Source of the DNA: Alphaproteobacteria bacterium
GTDB taxonomy: Bacteria > Pseudomonadota > Alphaproteobacteria > UBA2966
Direction of reading: 5' to 3'
Length of the DNA: 64,000 bases
Assembly (NCBI GenBank): GCA_964291395.2
Contig: OZ219856.1
Coordinates: 192,001 to 256,000, forward strand
A program made the position numbers and the translations under genes. The notes under the pieces are model-generated. The model did not search any database, was not told the origin of the DNA, and worked only from the letters and a program-made list of their open reading frames with translations. This document shows positions 1 through 9,982 of this stretch, piece by piece (position 1 is the first letter of the stretch; every line of letters starts with the position of its first letter).

Positions 1-142
1 TGTCCCGCTCGTCGTGAAGGAACTCGGCAATCGCGCCGTGAACCCCCAGGCCCCACCCCGTTTCGGGATGCCGCAGGAGATCCGCCAGGGTCGCCTGAAC
101 GTCCGGCGCATCGTTCGGCGATCCGTGGCCCGAACCAGTCAA
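1..142 (-). CDS. hypothetical protein, 5' part only (runs off window start)
   Basis: Manual translation from TTG 142: MTGSGHGSPNDAPDVQATLADLLRHPETGWGLGVHGAIAEFLHDERD; protein-like, co-oriented downstream of def. Confidence 0.45.
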   Translation of the reverse strand, partial: MTGSGHGSPNDAPDVQATLADLLRHPETGWGLGVHGAIAEFLHDERD

Positions 143-236
143 ACCGTCGCCCGCAGATTCGACGTTGCGATCAACGCCTTGCGTACCTGTTCTTCATCGC
201 CGTGCTCGGCCTTGCGCCCCATCCGGAGACACCCGA

Positions 237-812
237 TCAGCCGTCCGGGGTTCCGTCGAACTCCTCGACGGAGTAGTCGAAGTGCACGACGTCGTCGCCA
301 AATTCCGAGGCGAAGCTGAACTCCGTCTTCATGTCCTCGATGCGCATCGGGTAAAGGACGCCGTCCAGGTGGTCGCACTCGTGTTGCAGGAGCATGGCGT
401 GGAACCCGTGGGCGACGCGCTCTTCCTTCGTTCCATCCAGCGTCGAATAAGTGATCCGAATGTCCCGGTGCCGTCTCACCCTGCCGAACAGGCCGGGCAG
501 CGAGAGGCAGCGTTCCCAGATCATCTGGCAATCGTCGCTCAACGGTTCGATGACCGGATTGATCATGGCGGTCCAGGGCACCGGTGCGGTCGCCGACCCC
601 TTCGGTATGTGTTCCGCGGGGAGGCGATAGACCACCAGCCTCCGACCGACCGAGACCTGCGGCGCGGCGATCCCCCGGGCGTCGATATCGACCAGGGTAT
701 CCTTCATGTCCTCCGCGAGACGCGCCACGGCCTCGGCCCTGGCATTTTCCACCGGCGCCGCCGCTTCCCTGAGAATGGGATTGCCCATCAGAACGATCTT
801 GCGAATTGCCAT
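237..812 (-). CDS. def: peptide deformylase
   Basis: GIAAPQV, ERCLS and QHECDHLDG motifs; start taken at MAIRKIV. Confidence 0.93.
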   Translation of the reverse strand: MAIRKIVLMGNPILREAAAPVENARAEAVARLAEDMKDTLVDIDARGIAAPQVSVGRRLVVYRLPAEHIPKGSATAPVPWTAMINPVIEPLSDDCQMIWERCLSLPGLFGRVRRHRDIRITYSTLDGTKEERVAHGFHAMLLQHECDHLDGVLYPMRIEDMKTEFSFASEFGDDVVHFDYSVEEFDGTPDG

Positions 813-909
813 CTCTGCGTCTCCTCCGTCCGCCGGGCGACTCCCGTCCACCGGCACCATACACTGCCGCGGTCCTTCTCGGCACGCCTCATGACGGAAG
901 CGTCGGCCG

Positions 910-2163
910 TCAGCCCTGCGCGGCCTGAGACTCGAGGGACGAAGATATGCCGCTCAACTGACGCCACGCCCAGATCAGGGACAACAGCACCAGGAAAGCT
1001 CCGGTAGCCAGCGGCCAGCGCAGCCCGACGCTCTCCGACGCCGCGCCCATGATGAGGGCGCCGAGGGCGGGCACGCCCCGAAACGTCAGGCCGAAGATAC
1101 TCAGGACCCGCCCCCTTACGGAGGCATCGACGGTCAGCTGCATCAGGGTCTGCACGCCGATGCCCGTCATCGTCATTCCCAAGCCCGCGGCCGTGACGGC
1201 GGGAACGGCCACCCAGAGGGAATCGGTGGCGACGAACGCGAACATCGACAAGGCCTGGATGACCGTCGCGATCAGGACGAGCTTCGTCAGGCCTGACGGT
1301 CCGCCGCGCTGCGCGAGCCACAGGCCGCCTACCACGGCGCCGACGCCCGTCGCGCAGGTCAGCACGGCGAGAATGTCCGCTCCTCCTCCGAACACGCGAT
1401 CCGCGAAACCCGGAAGAAGCTCCTGAAACGGTCGGATCCCGAGACAGACCACGATCAGGATCATCAGGATCGGGGCGACTCCGGCGTGGGATGCCACGTA
1501 GCGGACCCCGTCGCCGAACTCGCGGACGAGACCGGGGCGATCTTGCTGGCGCGGAGTCACCGTGTTTTCGATACGAACGCGGCCGAGCGCCCACAGGAAC
1601 ACGGCAAAGCTCAGCGCGTTGAGGCCGAAGGTCGCCCCCGTCCCGAAAGCGAGAATCACCACGCCGGCGAAGGCCGGACCGATGAAACGCGCCAAGTTGA
1701 AAGAGATGGAGCTCAAGGCCACTGCGGTGGGCAGGTATTCGCGGCGAACCAGGCTGGGCACGAGGGCCATCCGCACGGGCTGATGAAACGCAGTGACGAT
1801 GCCGAGAAACAGTGTCAATGCGAACAGGATCTCGATCGTGATCAATCCTGAAACCGTCAGCCCGAAGAGTGCGACGGCTTGCAGAAGAGACAGCATCTGG
1901 TTGATCTTGGTGAGCCTGAGGCGATCCCAGCGATCGGCCGCGGAGCCTCCGATGGGCGCTACCAGGACCGCCGGAAACAGGTCGGCGAAAGCGACCGCCC
2001 CCAGCCAGGCGGCGGATTCCGTCAGTTCCCAGGTCAGCCAACCCACGCCGACCCGCTGCATCCACAGGCCGATCATCGAGACCGACATGCCGGCCATGTA
2101 GACGCCGTAGTTCGGCTGTCCAAGCGCCTGAACGATCCGCGTGAGGCCCGAGAAGCGGATCAT
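910..2163 (-). CDS. MFS transporter (H+ antiporter-3 / MFS_3-like)
   Basis: About 12 hydrophobic segments, GGSAADRWDRLRL loop motif, VRGRVLS. Confidence 0.9.
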   Translation of the reverse strand: MIRFSGLTRIVQALGQPNYGVYMAGMSVSMIGLWMQRVGVGWLTWELTESAAWLGAVAFADLFPAVLVAPIGGSAADRWDRLRLTKINQMLSLLQAVALFGLTVSGLITIEILFALTLFLGIVTAFHQPVRMALVPSLVRREYLPTAVALSSISFNLARFIGPAFAGVVILAFGTGATFGLNALSFAVFLWALGRVRIENTVTPRQQDRPGLVREFGDGVRYVASHAGVAPILMILIVVCLGIRPFQELLPGFADRVFGGGADILAVLTCATGVGAVVGGLWLAQRGGPSGLTKLVLIATVIQALSMFAFVATDSLWVAVPAVTAAGLGMTMTGIGVQTLMQLTVDASVRGRVLSIFGLTFRGVPALGALIMGAASESVGLRWPLATGAFLVLLSLIWAWRQLSGISSSLESQAAQG

Positions 2164-2383
2164 CGGATGTCTTGCTCGGGCGAGATGGGTTCAACAACCA
2201 CAGATGTGCGATACGTTGCGGCCTGCCGGCCTTTCGAGAGGCGTCGACGTCGGCGAACGCCGAGGTCCGATTGCGCTCCGCTGGTCAGTAGGGAGCGTTT
2301 GTGCCACCATCGTACGAGCGACGCAAATCACGCCGCGTGCGGCGCGATGGCGGGCCCCTTCCAGGACAAGCAGGAACGAAGAC

Positions 2384-3178
2384 ATGAGCGACACCGTTTT
2401 GTATGAGACCGACGGCGCCATCGCGACCGTGACCCTGAACCGCCCGGAAAACATGAACACGATGAACAGCGAGCTGCTCGCGGCCGCGGTGGATATCTTC
2501 GAGCGGGTAGCGTCGGACGACACGATTCGGGCCGTCATATTCACGGGCAATGGTCGCGCGTTCTGTGCCGGCGGGGACCTCGGGGGCGGTGCCGGCGGCG
2601 GCGTCTTCGACGAGCGTCCCGTCCAACAGCAGGTCGAGAGCCTGCGCCGCTCGATGCGTACTTCCCAGCTTCTGCACGAGATGCCCAAGGTGACCATCGC
2701 CGCGATCAACGGCGCTTGCGCAGGCGCGGGCCTGTCCTGGGCCTGTGCCTGCGATCTTCGTTACGCTGCGGAATCGGCCAAATTCAACACCGCATTCCTG
2801 TCGGCGGGCGTTTCCGGCGACTTCGGGGGAACCTGGACCCTGCCGCGGATCGTCGGCCCGTCCAAAGCCCGAGAGCTGTACATGTTGTCCGAACGTTTCA
2901 CCGCTGCGGACGCGGAGCGTTTCGGACTCGTAGCGCGGGTTCTGCCCGACGGCGAGCTGGTGCCGACCGTCCGCCAGGTGGCGGAGAAGCTGTCCGGATC
3001 GGCCCCGCTCGCATTACAGCGGATCAAGGCCAATTTCAACGACTCCGAGCGCCTCAGTTTCAGCGAAGCTCTCGACCTGGAGGCAGACCGTCACACGCGA
3101 TGTGCGCTGACAGAGGACGCGACCGAGGCCGCCAGCGCCTTCATGGAGAAGCGAGAGCCCGTATTCAAGGGCCGTTGA
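2384..3178 (+). CDS. enoyl-CoA hydratase/isomerase family protein
   Basis: LNRPE, AFCAGGD, AAINGACAGAG, C-terminal FMEKREPVFKGR. Confidence 0.92.
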   Translation: MSDTVLYETDGAIATVTLNRPENMNTMNSELLAAAVDIFERVASDDTIRAVIFTGNGRAFCAGGDLGGGAGGGVFDERPVQQQVESLRRSMRTSQLLHEMPKVTIAAINGACAGAGLSWACACDLRYAAESAKFNTAFLSAGVSGDFGGTWTLPRIVGPSKARELYMLSERFTAADAERFGLVARVLPDGELVPTVRQVAEKLSGSAPLALQRIKANFNDSERLSFSEALDLEADRHTRCALTEDATEAASAFMEKREPVFKGR

Positions 3179-3215
3179 GGCCAGGACGGACGTTCACCCC
3201 ATCCATGAGGCTGCC

Positions 3216-4610
3216 GTGACCAGTGCCGCCGACACCCTCGAGAGGTCGCTCACCAACTCCATGATCGTGGCGGCCTATCGGGAGAAGACGCCGACGTCCG
3301 AACGCCTGGCTGCCGAGGCGCATGCGCTGTTTCCCAGCGGACTGACCCACGACAGCCGGCATCTGACGCCCTACGGCATCTACGTGGAGCGGGCGGAGGG
3401 GTCGCACAAATGGGACGTCGACGGGAACGACTACGTCGACTACTTCGGCGGCCACGGAGCCTTGATCCTGGGCCACGGCCATCCCGATATCCGTGCCGCC
3501 GCCCACGGGGCCCTCGACGACGGTACGCACTTCGGCAGCGGCCACGAGATGGAGATTCGCTGGGCCAAACTTATCACGCGGCTCCTGCCATCGGCGGAAA
3601 AGGTCCGCTTCACGGCTTCGGGTACGGAAGCCACGCACATGGCGCTGCGCATCGCGCGGGCGTTCACCGGCCGGCCAAGGATTCTAAGGTTCCTGGGGCA
3701 TTTTCACGGCTGGCACGACCACATGGCATCCGGTGTCCACGGCCATTTCGACGGATCGCCGACCCCGGGCGTGCTGGATGACGTCGCCAGCGCCGTTACC
3801 CTGTGCCCGCCCGGCAACATCGACGCGGTGAAGAACGCCTTCCAAACGCACGATGACATTGCCGCGGTGATACTCGAACCCATCGGCAGTCAAACGGGCC
3901 AAGTCCCGCATCCTCCAGGATTCCTGACCGAGTTGCGGGAGATCACGCGCGCGTACGACGCGCTCCTGATCTTCGACGAGGTGGTGACGGGGTTCCGCGT
4001 GTCACGCGGGGGTGCCCAGGCGCACTATGGAGTGATGCCGGACCTGACGACACTCGCGAAAATCGTCTCAGGGGGCGTCCCCGGTGGAGCCGTTGCCGGT
4101 CGAGAGGATCTGCTGGAGCTGTTGGACTTTGAAGCGGCCGCACGGAACGGCAGGGCGAAAATCGGCCACCAGGGAACCTACAACGCCAATCCCTTGACGG
4201 CGGCGGCGGGTGTCGCGGCGCTCACCATCATCGCGGAAACGGATGCCTGTGAGCGCGCGAGTCGTTCGGCCGCGTCCCTGAGAAGCTCGCTGAACGCGGT
4301 CATCGAAGATGCGGGCGTGCCGTGGGCGGCATACGGCGAGTTCTCCATGTTCCACATCTTCACGAATCCCAAAGGCCGAGCGATCAAGGCCGGCGAGTTC
4401 GATCCTCTGGACCACGATTTCGAGGAGCTCGCCCTGAAGCCGAAGGAAACGATCCACAAGCTTCGCCTCGCCCTGCTGATAAACGGAGTCGATGTCACCG
4501 GCTGGCCCGGCGGCACCGTGTCGGTCGCCCATGGCGAGGCAGACATGTCGCATACGGCAGAAGCGTTCGCCCGGGCTCTGCACCTGCTCAGGCAAGACGG
4601 CGAGCTCTGA
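3216..4610 (+). CDS. class III PLP aminotransferase (glutamate-1-semialdehyde aminomutase-like)
   Basis: WDVDGNDYVD, SGTEAT, LIFDEVVTGFR, TTLAK (PLP Lys), HQGTYN. Confidence 0.9.
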   Translation: MTSAADTLERSLTNSMIVAAYREKTPTSERLAAEAHALFPSGLTHDSRHLTPYGIYVERAEGSHKWDVDGNDYVDYFGGHGALILGHGHPDIRAAAHGALDDGTHFGSGHEMEIRWAKLITRLLPSAEKVRFTASGTEATHMALRIARAFTGRPRILRFLGHFHGWHDHMASGVHGHFDGSPTPGVLDDVASAVTLCPPGNIDAVKNAFQTHDDIAAVILEPIGSQTGQVPHPPGFLTELREITRAYDALLIFDEVVTGFRVSRGGAQAHYGVMPDLTTLAKIVSGGVPGGAVAGREDLLELLDFEAAARNGRAKIGHQGTYNANPLTAAAGVAALTIIAETDACERASRSAASLRSSLNAVIEDAGVPWAAYGEFSMFHIFTNPKGRAIKAGEFDPLDHDFEELALKPKETIHKLRLALLINGVDVTGWPGGTVSVAHGEADMSHTAEAFARALHLLRQDGEL

Positions 4611-4651
4611 AGCGGTTTCAGTCAAACCGGAACCGCCAAAGGACGGAGTTC

Positions 4652-5077
4652 TCACTTCCGCGACCTGCCCGCCGGAGCGATTCGTTTCCTCAGCTTGACG
4701 AGTTCGGTTCGCTCGAACCGGAGATGACGAAGTTGCTCCGCGCTTCCCTCCCTGGCGGCGATGGTTTTCGATAGCTGCGCGACCACTTCGTCGATAACCT
4801 GGCCGAGCTGGCCTTTCTGGTCTTCCGAGCACTGCAGGACGACGTCGTGGTCCATCATCAGGTCGGCGAAGGCGTCCGCATCGGACTCGCCGAGACGCGT
4901 CAGCGCCCGGTCTACCTCGTCCCAGGACGCACGCCACTCTCGATACAGCCTGTCACGCGGACCCCTTCCCCGGGTTTTGGCCGTTTCCTCGAGACGTACC
5001 ATGATGCGGACGAATTGCCAGACACGGAAAGCGTTCTTGACCGCGGACGCACGAGCGCCGCTCCGGCGGATCGCCAC
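4652..5077 (-). CDS. hypothetical protein
   Basis: 3' part of ORF 4652..5365 is helical and protein-like; GTG start at 5077 assumed. Confidence 0.6.
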   Translation of the reverse strand: MAIRRSGARASAVKNAFRVWQFVRIMVRLEETAKTRGRGPRDRLYREWRASWDEVDRALTRLGESDADAFADLMMDHDVVLQCSEDQKGQLGQVIDEVVAQLSKTIAAREGSAEQLRHLRFERTELVKLRKRIAPAGRSRK

Positions 5078-5118
5078 GCCGGACTCCCCGGGGCGGTTTC
5101 CCAGGCTATCGGTTGGAA

Positions 5119-5319
5119 CTAGCCGATGAGGAACGGAATGACGCGAATAAACAGAAAGCCGAAGATCAGGAAGGACAACAGGATCAGTCCGATTGCGCCG
5201 AAACCGTATATGGCCCAGGTGGTGGGCTCGTTCCAATCCAGCACGATCTTGCGGTCCTGATGGGTGCGGGCATCGAGTACCGCTTGCGCTTCGGTCGTCG
5301 TCGCGTCTTCTTGTGACAT
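5119..5319 (-). CDS. small single-pass membrane protein
   Basis: 66 aa, strongly hydrophobic C-terminal segment, purine-rich RBS. Confidence 0.6.
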   Translation of the reverse strand: MSQEDATTTEAQAVLDARTHQDRKIVLDWNEPTTWAIYGFGAIGLILLSFLIFGFLFIRVIPFLIG

Positions 5320-5552
5320 CCCTGCCTCCCGCCCGCGCACGCCCCGAGGACGTCGCGGGGTTCAAGCTCTTCGATGGTTTCCGGGGGTTCTCCCGGGTCT
5401 CCGAATCGGCGCTAGTTTACGTTTCTGGACGCGACGCGCAAGTAGGCGCCGGAAAGCGGTTCGGGAGTTTTCACGAGGCCGCGGGAGACTTGCGAAATAG
5501 CCGGGACACTATAGGGTGAGCGCAACTCCTCCATTCTAAGGGCGAGTCGGGC

Positions 5553-6119
5553 ATGGAACGACCCGTGCGCATCTACCTCATGCGCCACGCGAAGACCGCC
5601 GAACCTTGGCGTACGGCCCTGGATGCCCCGCTCGGCGAGGTCGGGCATCGACAGGCCAGGGAGGCCGCGCGCGTTTTGGCACCTCTCGGCCCGCTGCCGC
5701 TGTGGTCCAGTCCCTTGCGCCGGGCACGTCAGACGGCGAATCCTCTTGCCGCGCTCTGGCGTACGGAAATTCATATCGAGCCTCGGATTACCGAGATTCC
5801 CGCACCGGGCACGGATCCCAAGGCGCGGGGTGATTGGCTGATGCGGACGCTCACGTCCCGTTGGCGGGACATGGACGCGGACCTACGTGCGTGGCGCCGC
5901 GACGTGCTCGACACGATCGGTGCGGTCCGCGAAGACACCGTGATGGTGACCCACTACGTCGTCATCAATGCCATCGTGGGCGCGGCGACGAACGACGATC
6001 GCGTGATCTGTTTCCATCCGGACCATACCGACACGACCGTCGTCGAAAGGACCGGCGCCCGATTGACGGTCCTCGACTGCACGTTGAACGAGGTTTCCGA
6101 GGCGGCGCCCTCGACCTAG
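5553..6119 (+). CDS. histidine phosphatase (phosphoglycerate mutase) family protein
   Basis: IYLMRHA, SSPLRRARQT, MVTH. Confidence 0.88.
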   Translation: MERPVRIYLMRHAKTAEPWRTALDAPLGEVGHRQAREAARVLAPLGPLPLWSSPLRRARQTANPLAALWRTEIHIEPRITEIPAPGTDPKARGDWLMRTLTSRWRDMDADLRAWRRDVLDTIGAVREDTVMVTHYVVINAIVGAATNDDRVICFHPDHTDTTVVERTGARLTVLDCTLNEVSEAAPST

Positions 6120-6209
6120 AGGCCGGCCCGTTCGGCTGGAGCCGCTCCGGCGCCCCTCGTCGCCCGTGGCGACGGACCTCCCATCCGCGCCAAGGGAATT
6201 GGTGCGTCG

Positions 6210-6755
6210 TCAGACGAGGTCGGAAACGCCTCGATAATCTCCCTGGCTGTAGAGCAATGCGTGACCTTCCTCGTGGTCGTGCATCCTGACTTGCACGACG
6301 TCGCCGAAGAATATCGTGTGGGATCCCGATTTGACGGCCTCCCGAATCCGGCAGATCACGTTGGCGCGGGCATCATGGAGTATGGGGGCGCCCGCCGCCG
6401 AATCCGTCCACACGGCGCCACCGGCGGCAAAACGTTCATCCCAATCCGTAATCCCCGCCTGACCGGCGAACGCCTCGGCGATCAGGCGCTGATTCTCGTT
6501 GAGGATGTTGACCGAGAAGCATCGCGCGTCGGCGATCAGGTCGTGTGACGACGACGCCCGGTTCACGCAGATGAGCATCGTCGGCGGGTCGAGCGAAACG
6601 GAGCAGACCGCGGTCATGGTGAGACCGCCGCGCGCGCTTCCGGATCTTGCCGCGACGACCGATACGCTTGCCGCCAACTGACGCATCGCCATGCGGAGGC
6701 CGTCCGCCATCGCCTGGGCAGATTGCGATTCGAAGTCGATCGTGTCCTGGGTCAT
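6210..6755 (-). CDS. flavin reductase-like protein
   Basis: SVSLDPP, FSVNIL, GSHTIFFG, LLYSQGDY. Confidence 0.9.
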   Translation of the reverse strand: MTQDTIDFESQSAQAMADGLRMAMRQLAASVSVVAARSGSARGGLTMTAVCSVSLDPPTMLICVNRASSSHDLIADARCFSVNILNENQRLIAEAFAGQAGITDWDERFAAGGAVWTDSAAGAPILHDARANVICRIREAVKSGSHTIFFGDVVQVRMHDHEEGHALLYSQGDYRGVSDLV

Positions 6756-7211
6756 CGTCTCACGCGCATGTCCCCAAGTGTGGCATAGAGGCGGGCTTCG
6801 AACCAAACCCCGAGGAGGTATGGCAGCAACATGGACACGGATGTGATCATGATTGGCCTCGGCCTCGCAGCGCTTGTGGCTGGCCTGTCGGCTGGCTCAA
6901 GGCGGACATCTCCGGGCTGCGCGGAAATACAGCGGTTGGACGGCCGCTTGCGGCGCCCGCAGCGCGGCCCGATTAACCCAAAGGCCACCTCTCTTGGAGC
7001 GAGCACGCCCTCGAAGGGCGCGGAAATCCTTCGGGTCGTGAGCAATGAGGAGGATTTGAACCGACTAGAAGCCAGCCCGTCCTCGACAGCACGGCCTGGT
7101 GCCTGCTGCGCGGCAGCGAACGTGGACCTTAACCCTCATCAAGTGTCCCTTGGCGCGCGAGCGCTATGGTCGAGCCAGCCGAAACCGGCGATTGAATAAC
7201 GGCAGGGCGGG

Positions 7212-7391
7212 ATGGAGCTGCTCTATTTCACGGTCGTGGCGGTCGCGCTCTACTTCGTCTCCGACTGGATCGTCGATCGCATCGAGCATGCGGCGGGCCG
7301 TCGTTTCGAACACCGTACGCTGCTCTTCTTCGCCGTCATCCTCGCTCTCGGGACTGTCGCCTTCTGGCTGATCCGAACGCTATCGAGTTGA
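7212..7391 (+). CDS. small two-TM membrane protein (59 aa; below ORF track cutoff)
   Basis: MELLYFTVVAVALYFVSDWIVDRIEHAAGRRFEHRTLLFFAVILALGTVAFWLIRTLSS; host-like codons, two hydrophobic helices. Confidence 0.7.
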   Translation: MELLYFTVVAVALYFVSDWIVDRIEHAAGRRFEHRTLLFFAVILALGTVAFWLIRTLSS

Positions 7392-7401
7392 TCTAAATCA
7401 A
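7388..7401. promoter_or_regulatory. FNR/CRP-family (FnrL/FixK/NnrR/DNR) binding site
   Basis: Perfect TTGAT-CTAA-ATCAA, about 95 bp upstream of the oxidase operon. Confidence 0.85.
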
Positions 7402-7494
7402 TCAGGGCTTTCCACCGGCTTGCTAGGGTGCCCCGGTCGGGCGCCTCTCCCCGACTCGAGCGTGTCGCGGCGAGGCCGAGAGAGGGGACGAATC

Positions 7495-7671
7495 ATGACG
7501 GATACCGGTCAAGACACGAGAGCGTCGGATCAGCCGGCCGAGCGCGTGCCCTTCATGCAGCGCCTGCTGGACAATCCGTTCCTGCTGCTCTTCCTCGGGG
7601 TCGCCGTGCCGGCGGTCCTCTATCTCATGTGGGGGATCATGGAGGTCGCCCAGATCCCCATCGCGCCGTAG
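7495..7671 (+). CDS. small single-TM subunit of heme-copper oxidase operon (IIa-like)
   Basis: 58 aa, one TM helix, GAGGGG RBS, directly upstream of subunit II. Confidence 0.75.
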   Translation: MTDTGQDTRASDQPAERVPFMQRLLDNPFLLLFLGVAVPAVLYLMWGIMEVAQIPIAP

Positions 7672-7686
7672 GCCGGAGGGACCGAC

Positions 7687-8232
7687 ATGGCCATACATCC
7701 GCCCGAAAAACGCATTTGGTGGAACGAGCCCCTCGAAAGATCAGAAGTCACGTGGATCACCATCGCTTTCATCTGGGGCCTGGTGATGTTCTTCACCATG
7801 GTGTTCTGGCACTTCACCGGCGAACAGAACCTCTCCAACGAGGCCTACCGTATCCACCCCGAGACCTTCGCCGAGCGCACCGAGGCGATGGCCGACCAAT
7901 ATACGGTCCGCGAAGAGGGCGACACCGGTATCCCGGTGGTCCATCCGCCGCCGGGAAGCGACGTTTACATGTTGGCGCGCCTTTGGGAATGGTGGCCGAT
8001 CCTCGAACTGGAGGAGGGTAAGGACTATCGCCTGCACCTCTCCTCGATGGATTGGCAGCACGGTTTCTCGCTGCAGCCCGAAAACATCAACATCCAGGTC
8101 CATCCGGGCTACGAGCTCGTGTTGACGCTCACGCCCGAGGGCGTCGGGGAATACGGGGTCGTTTGCAACGAATTCTGCGGGATCGGCCACCACCAGATGG
8201 TGGGAAAGATCTACGTGGTGGAAGCGAAATAG
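7687..8232 (+). CDS. heme-copper oxidase subunit II (CuA)
   Basis: One TM helix; CuA ligands QHGF...CNEFCGIGHHQM. Confidence 0.92.
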   Translation: MAIHPPEKRIWWNEPLERSEVTWITIAFIWGLVMFFTMVFWHFTGEQNLSNEAYRIHPETFAERTEAMADQYTVREEGDTGIPVVHPPPGSDVYMLARLWEWWPILELEEGKDYRLHLSSMDWQHGFSLQPENINIQVHPGYELVLTLTPEGVGEYGVVCNEFCGIGHHQMVGKIYVVEAK

Positions 8233-8242
8233 GGGGCGCGTC

Positions 8243-9967
8243 ATGGCGAGCATCGCAGATACCGGTACCCTGCCGAGGGCCGCCGAGTTTCGAACGTGTC
8301 CCGACACCGGCCTCAAGATCGACCTCGCGGCCGAGAAGCTAATCCGCTGGAACGCGGTCGTTGCCGTGGTGTTCCTCGCCATCGGCGGTTTTTTCGGCCT
8401 GCTGGTGGCGCTGACCCGCTGGCCAGCGGTCCATCTGTTGCCGGCGGAGTGGTTCTACCTGGCGCTGACGGCGCACGGCGCCGACGTGCTGCTGTTCTGG
8501 GTCATCTTTTTCGAGATCGCCATCCTCTACTTCGCTTCGGCGGTTCTGCTCAACAGTCGCCTCGCGACCCCGCGGATCGCTTGGCTCGGGTTCTGGCTCA
8601 TGCTGGCCGGCGCCCTTCTCGCCAACGTGGCGGTGCTACAAGGCGAGTCGAGCGTCATGTTCACGTCCTATGTGCCCATGCAGGCGGCGCCCCACTTCTA
8701 TCTAGGCCTGATCCTCTTCGCCGTCGGGGCTTTGGTTGCCGTCGCCGTGTTCTTCGGCACGCTGGTCATCGCGAAGGATGAGGGCACCTACGAGGGATCG
8801 GTGCCATTGGTCACATTCGGTGCCATCGCCGCGGCGGTTATCGCGGTCTTCACCATCACCTCGGGTGCCATCATTCTCATTCCCACCTTCTTCTGGTCGA
8901 TCGGCATCATCAGTCACATCGATCCGGTGATGTACAAGGTCGTGTGGTGGGGCATGGGCCACTCCTCGCAGCAGATCAACGTCTCGGCCCACGTCGCGGT
9001 GTGGTATGCCATCGCCGCCATGGTGCTGGGCGCCAAGCCGCTATCGGAGAAGGTGAGCCGTTTCGCCTTCCTCATGTACATCCTGTTCCTGCAGATCGCC
9101 GCGGCGCACCACCTTCTGGTGGAACCGGGTATCAGTTCGGAATGGAAGATCTTCAATACGAGCTACGCGCTCTACCTTGCCGTGCTCGGCAGCCTCATCC
9201 ACGGCCTCAGCGTCCCCGGTGCCATCGAGGCGGCCCAGCGCCGCCGTGGCTTCACCAAGGGCGTGTTCGAATGGTTGCGCAAGGCGCCGTGGGGTAATCC
9301 GGCCTTCTCCGGGATGTTCCTGTCGCTCGTCATGTTCGGTTTCCTCGGCGGCATCTCCGGCGTGGTGCTCGGCTCGGAGCAGATCAACCTGATCCTGCAC
9401 AACACCATGTACGTGCCTGGTCATTTCCACGGCACCGTCGTTGCCGGAACGACGCTCGCCTTCATGGCCATCACCTATCTCGTGGTGCCGCTGATTTTCC
9501 GCCGCGAGATCATGTTCAAGAAAGTCGCCCAGTGGCAGCCGTACGTCTTCGGTCTCGGCGTCGCAGGCATATCGCTGTTCATGATGGGGGCGGGTACGCT
9601 CGGCGTCAGTCGGCGCCACTGGGACATCACCTTCTCCGATGCCCCCGTGACCTTCGACTATCCCGGCACGGCTTTCCTGATGATGGGGCTGAACGGCGTG
9701 TTCGGCGTCCTCGCGGCTTTGGGTGGCCTGATGTATGTCGTGGTCGTGGTCTGGTCCGTCTTCTTCGGGGAACGACGAACCGAGGAGAAAGCGCGGGCCG
9801 AGCCGTTGCTGCCCCAGGACGGCGCGGCGGCGGTTGCGACCTACGGCAGCGAGGGCACCCTCAAGCTGCCGGGCACGATCACGCTTGTCGCGGTCTTCTT
9901 CGTGGCTTTTGTCCTCTACTACTTCGTCAACTGGAAGTTCCTGTCGGAAGTCTGGCCCTTGAGTTGA
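8243..9967 (+). CDS. heme-copper oxidase subunit I, B-family-derived, eNOR-type (putative nitric oxide reductase)
   Basis: Six His ligands (TAHG, GHSSQQ, AHH, GHFHG); helix VI GHSSQQ has Q where O2 reductases have the cross-linked Y of HPxVY. Confidence 0.85.
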   Translation: MASIADTGTLPRAAEFRTCPDTGLKIDLAAEKLIRWNAVVAVVFLAIGGFFGLLVALTRWPAVHLLPAEWFYLALTAHGADVLLFWVIFFEIAILYFASAVLLNSRLATPRIAWLGFWLMLAGALLANVAVLQGESSVMFTSYVPMQAAPHFYLGLILFAVGALVAVAVFFGTLVIAKDEGTYEGSVPLVTFGAIAAAVIAVFTITSGAIILIPTFFWSIGIISHIDPVMYKVVWWGMGHSSQQINVSAHVAVWYAIAAMVLGAKPLSEKVSRFAFLMYILFLQIAAAHHLLVEPGISSEWKIFNTSYALYLAVLGSLIHGLSVPGAIEAAQRRRGFTKGVFEWLRKAPWGNPAFSGMFLSLVMFGFLGGISGVVLGSEQINLILHNTMYVPGHFHGTVVAGTTLAFMAITYLVVPLIFRREIMFKKVAQWQPYVFGLGVAGISLFMMGAGTLGVSRRHWDITFSDAPVTFDYPGTAFLMMGLNGVFGVLAALGGLMYVVVVVWSVFFGERRTEEKARAEPLLPQDGAAAVATYGSEGTLKLPGTITLVAVFFVAFVLYYFVNWKFLSEVWPLS

Positions 9968-9982
9968 GCGGAGGCGCTCGGC

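Noticed and set aside
3216-4610. Assigning hemL
   Set aside because: Family motifs are present but the N-terminus and context fit a catabolic paralogue better
6831-7199. 122-aa ORF beginning MDTDVIMIGLGLAALVA, like an FAD-binding N-terminus
   Set aside because: Similarity ends after about 20 residues and codon usage is atypical; at most a tiny gene relic
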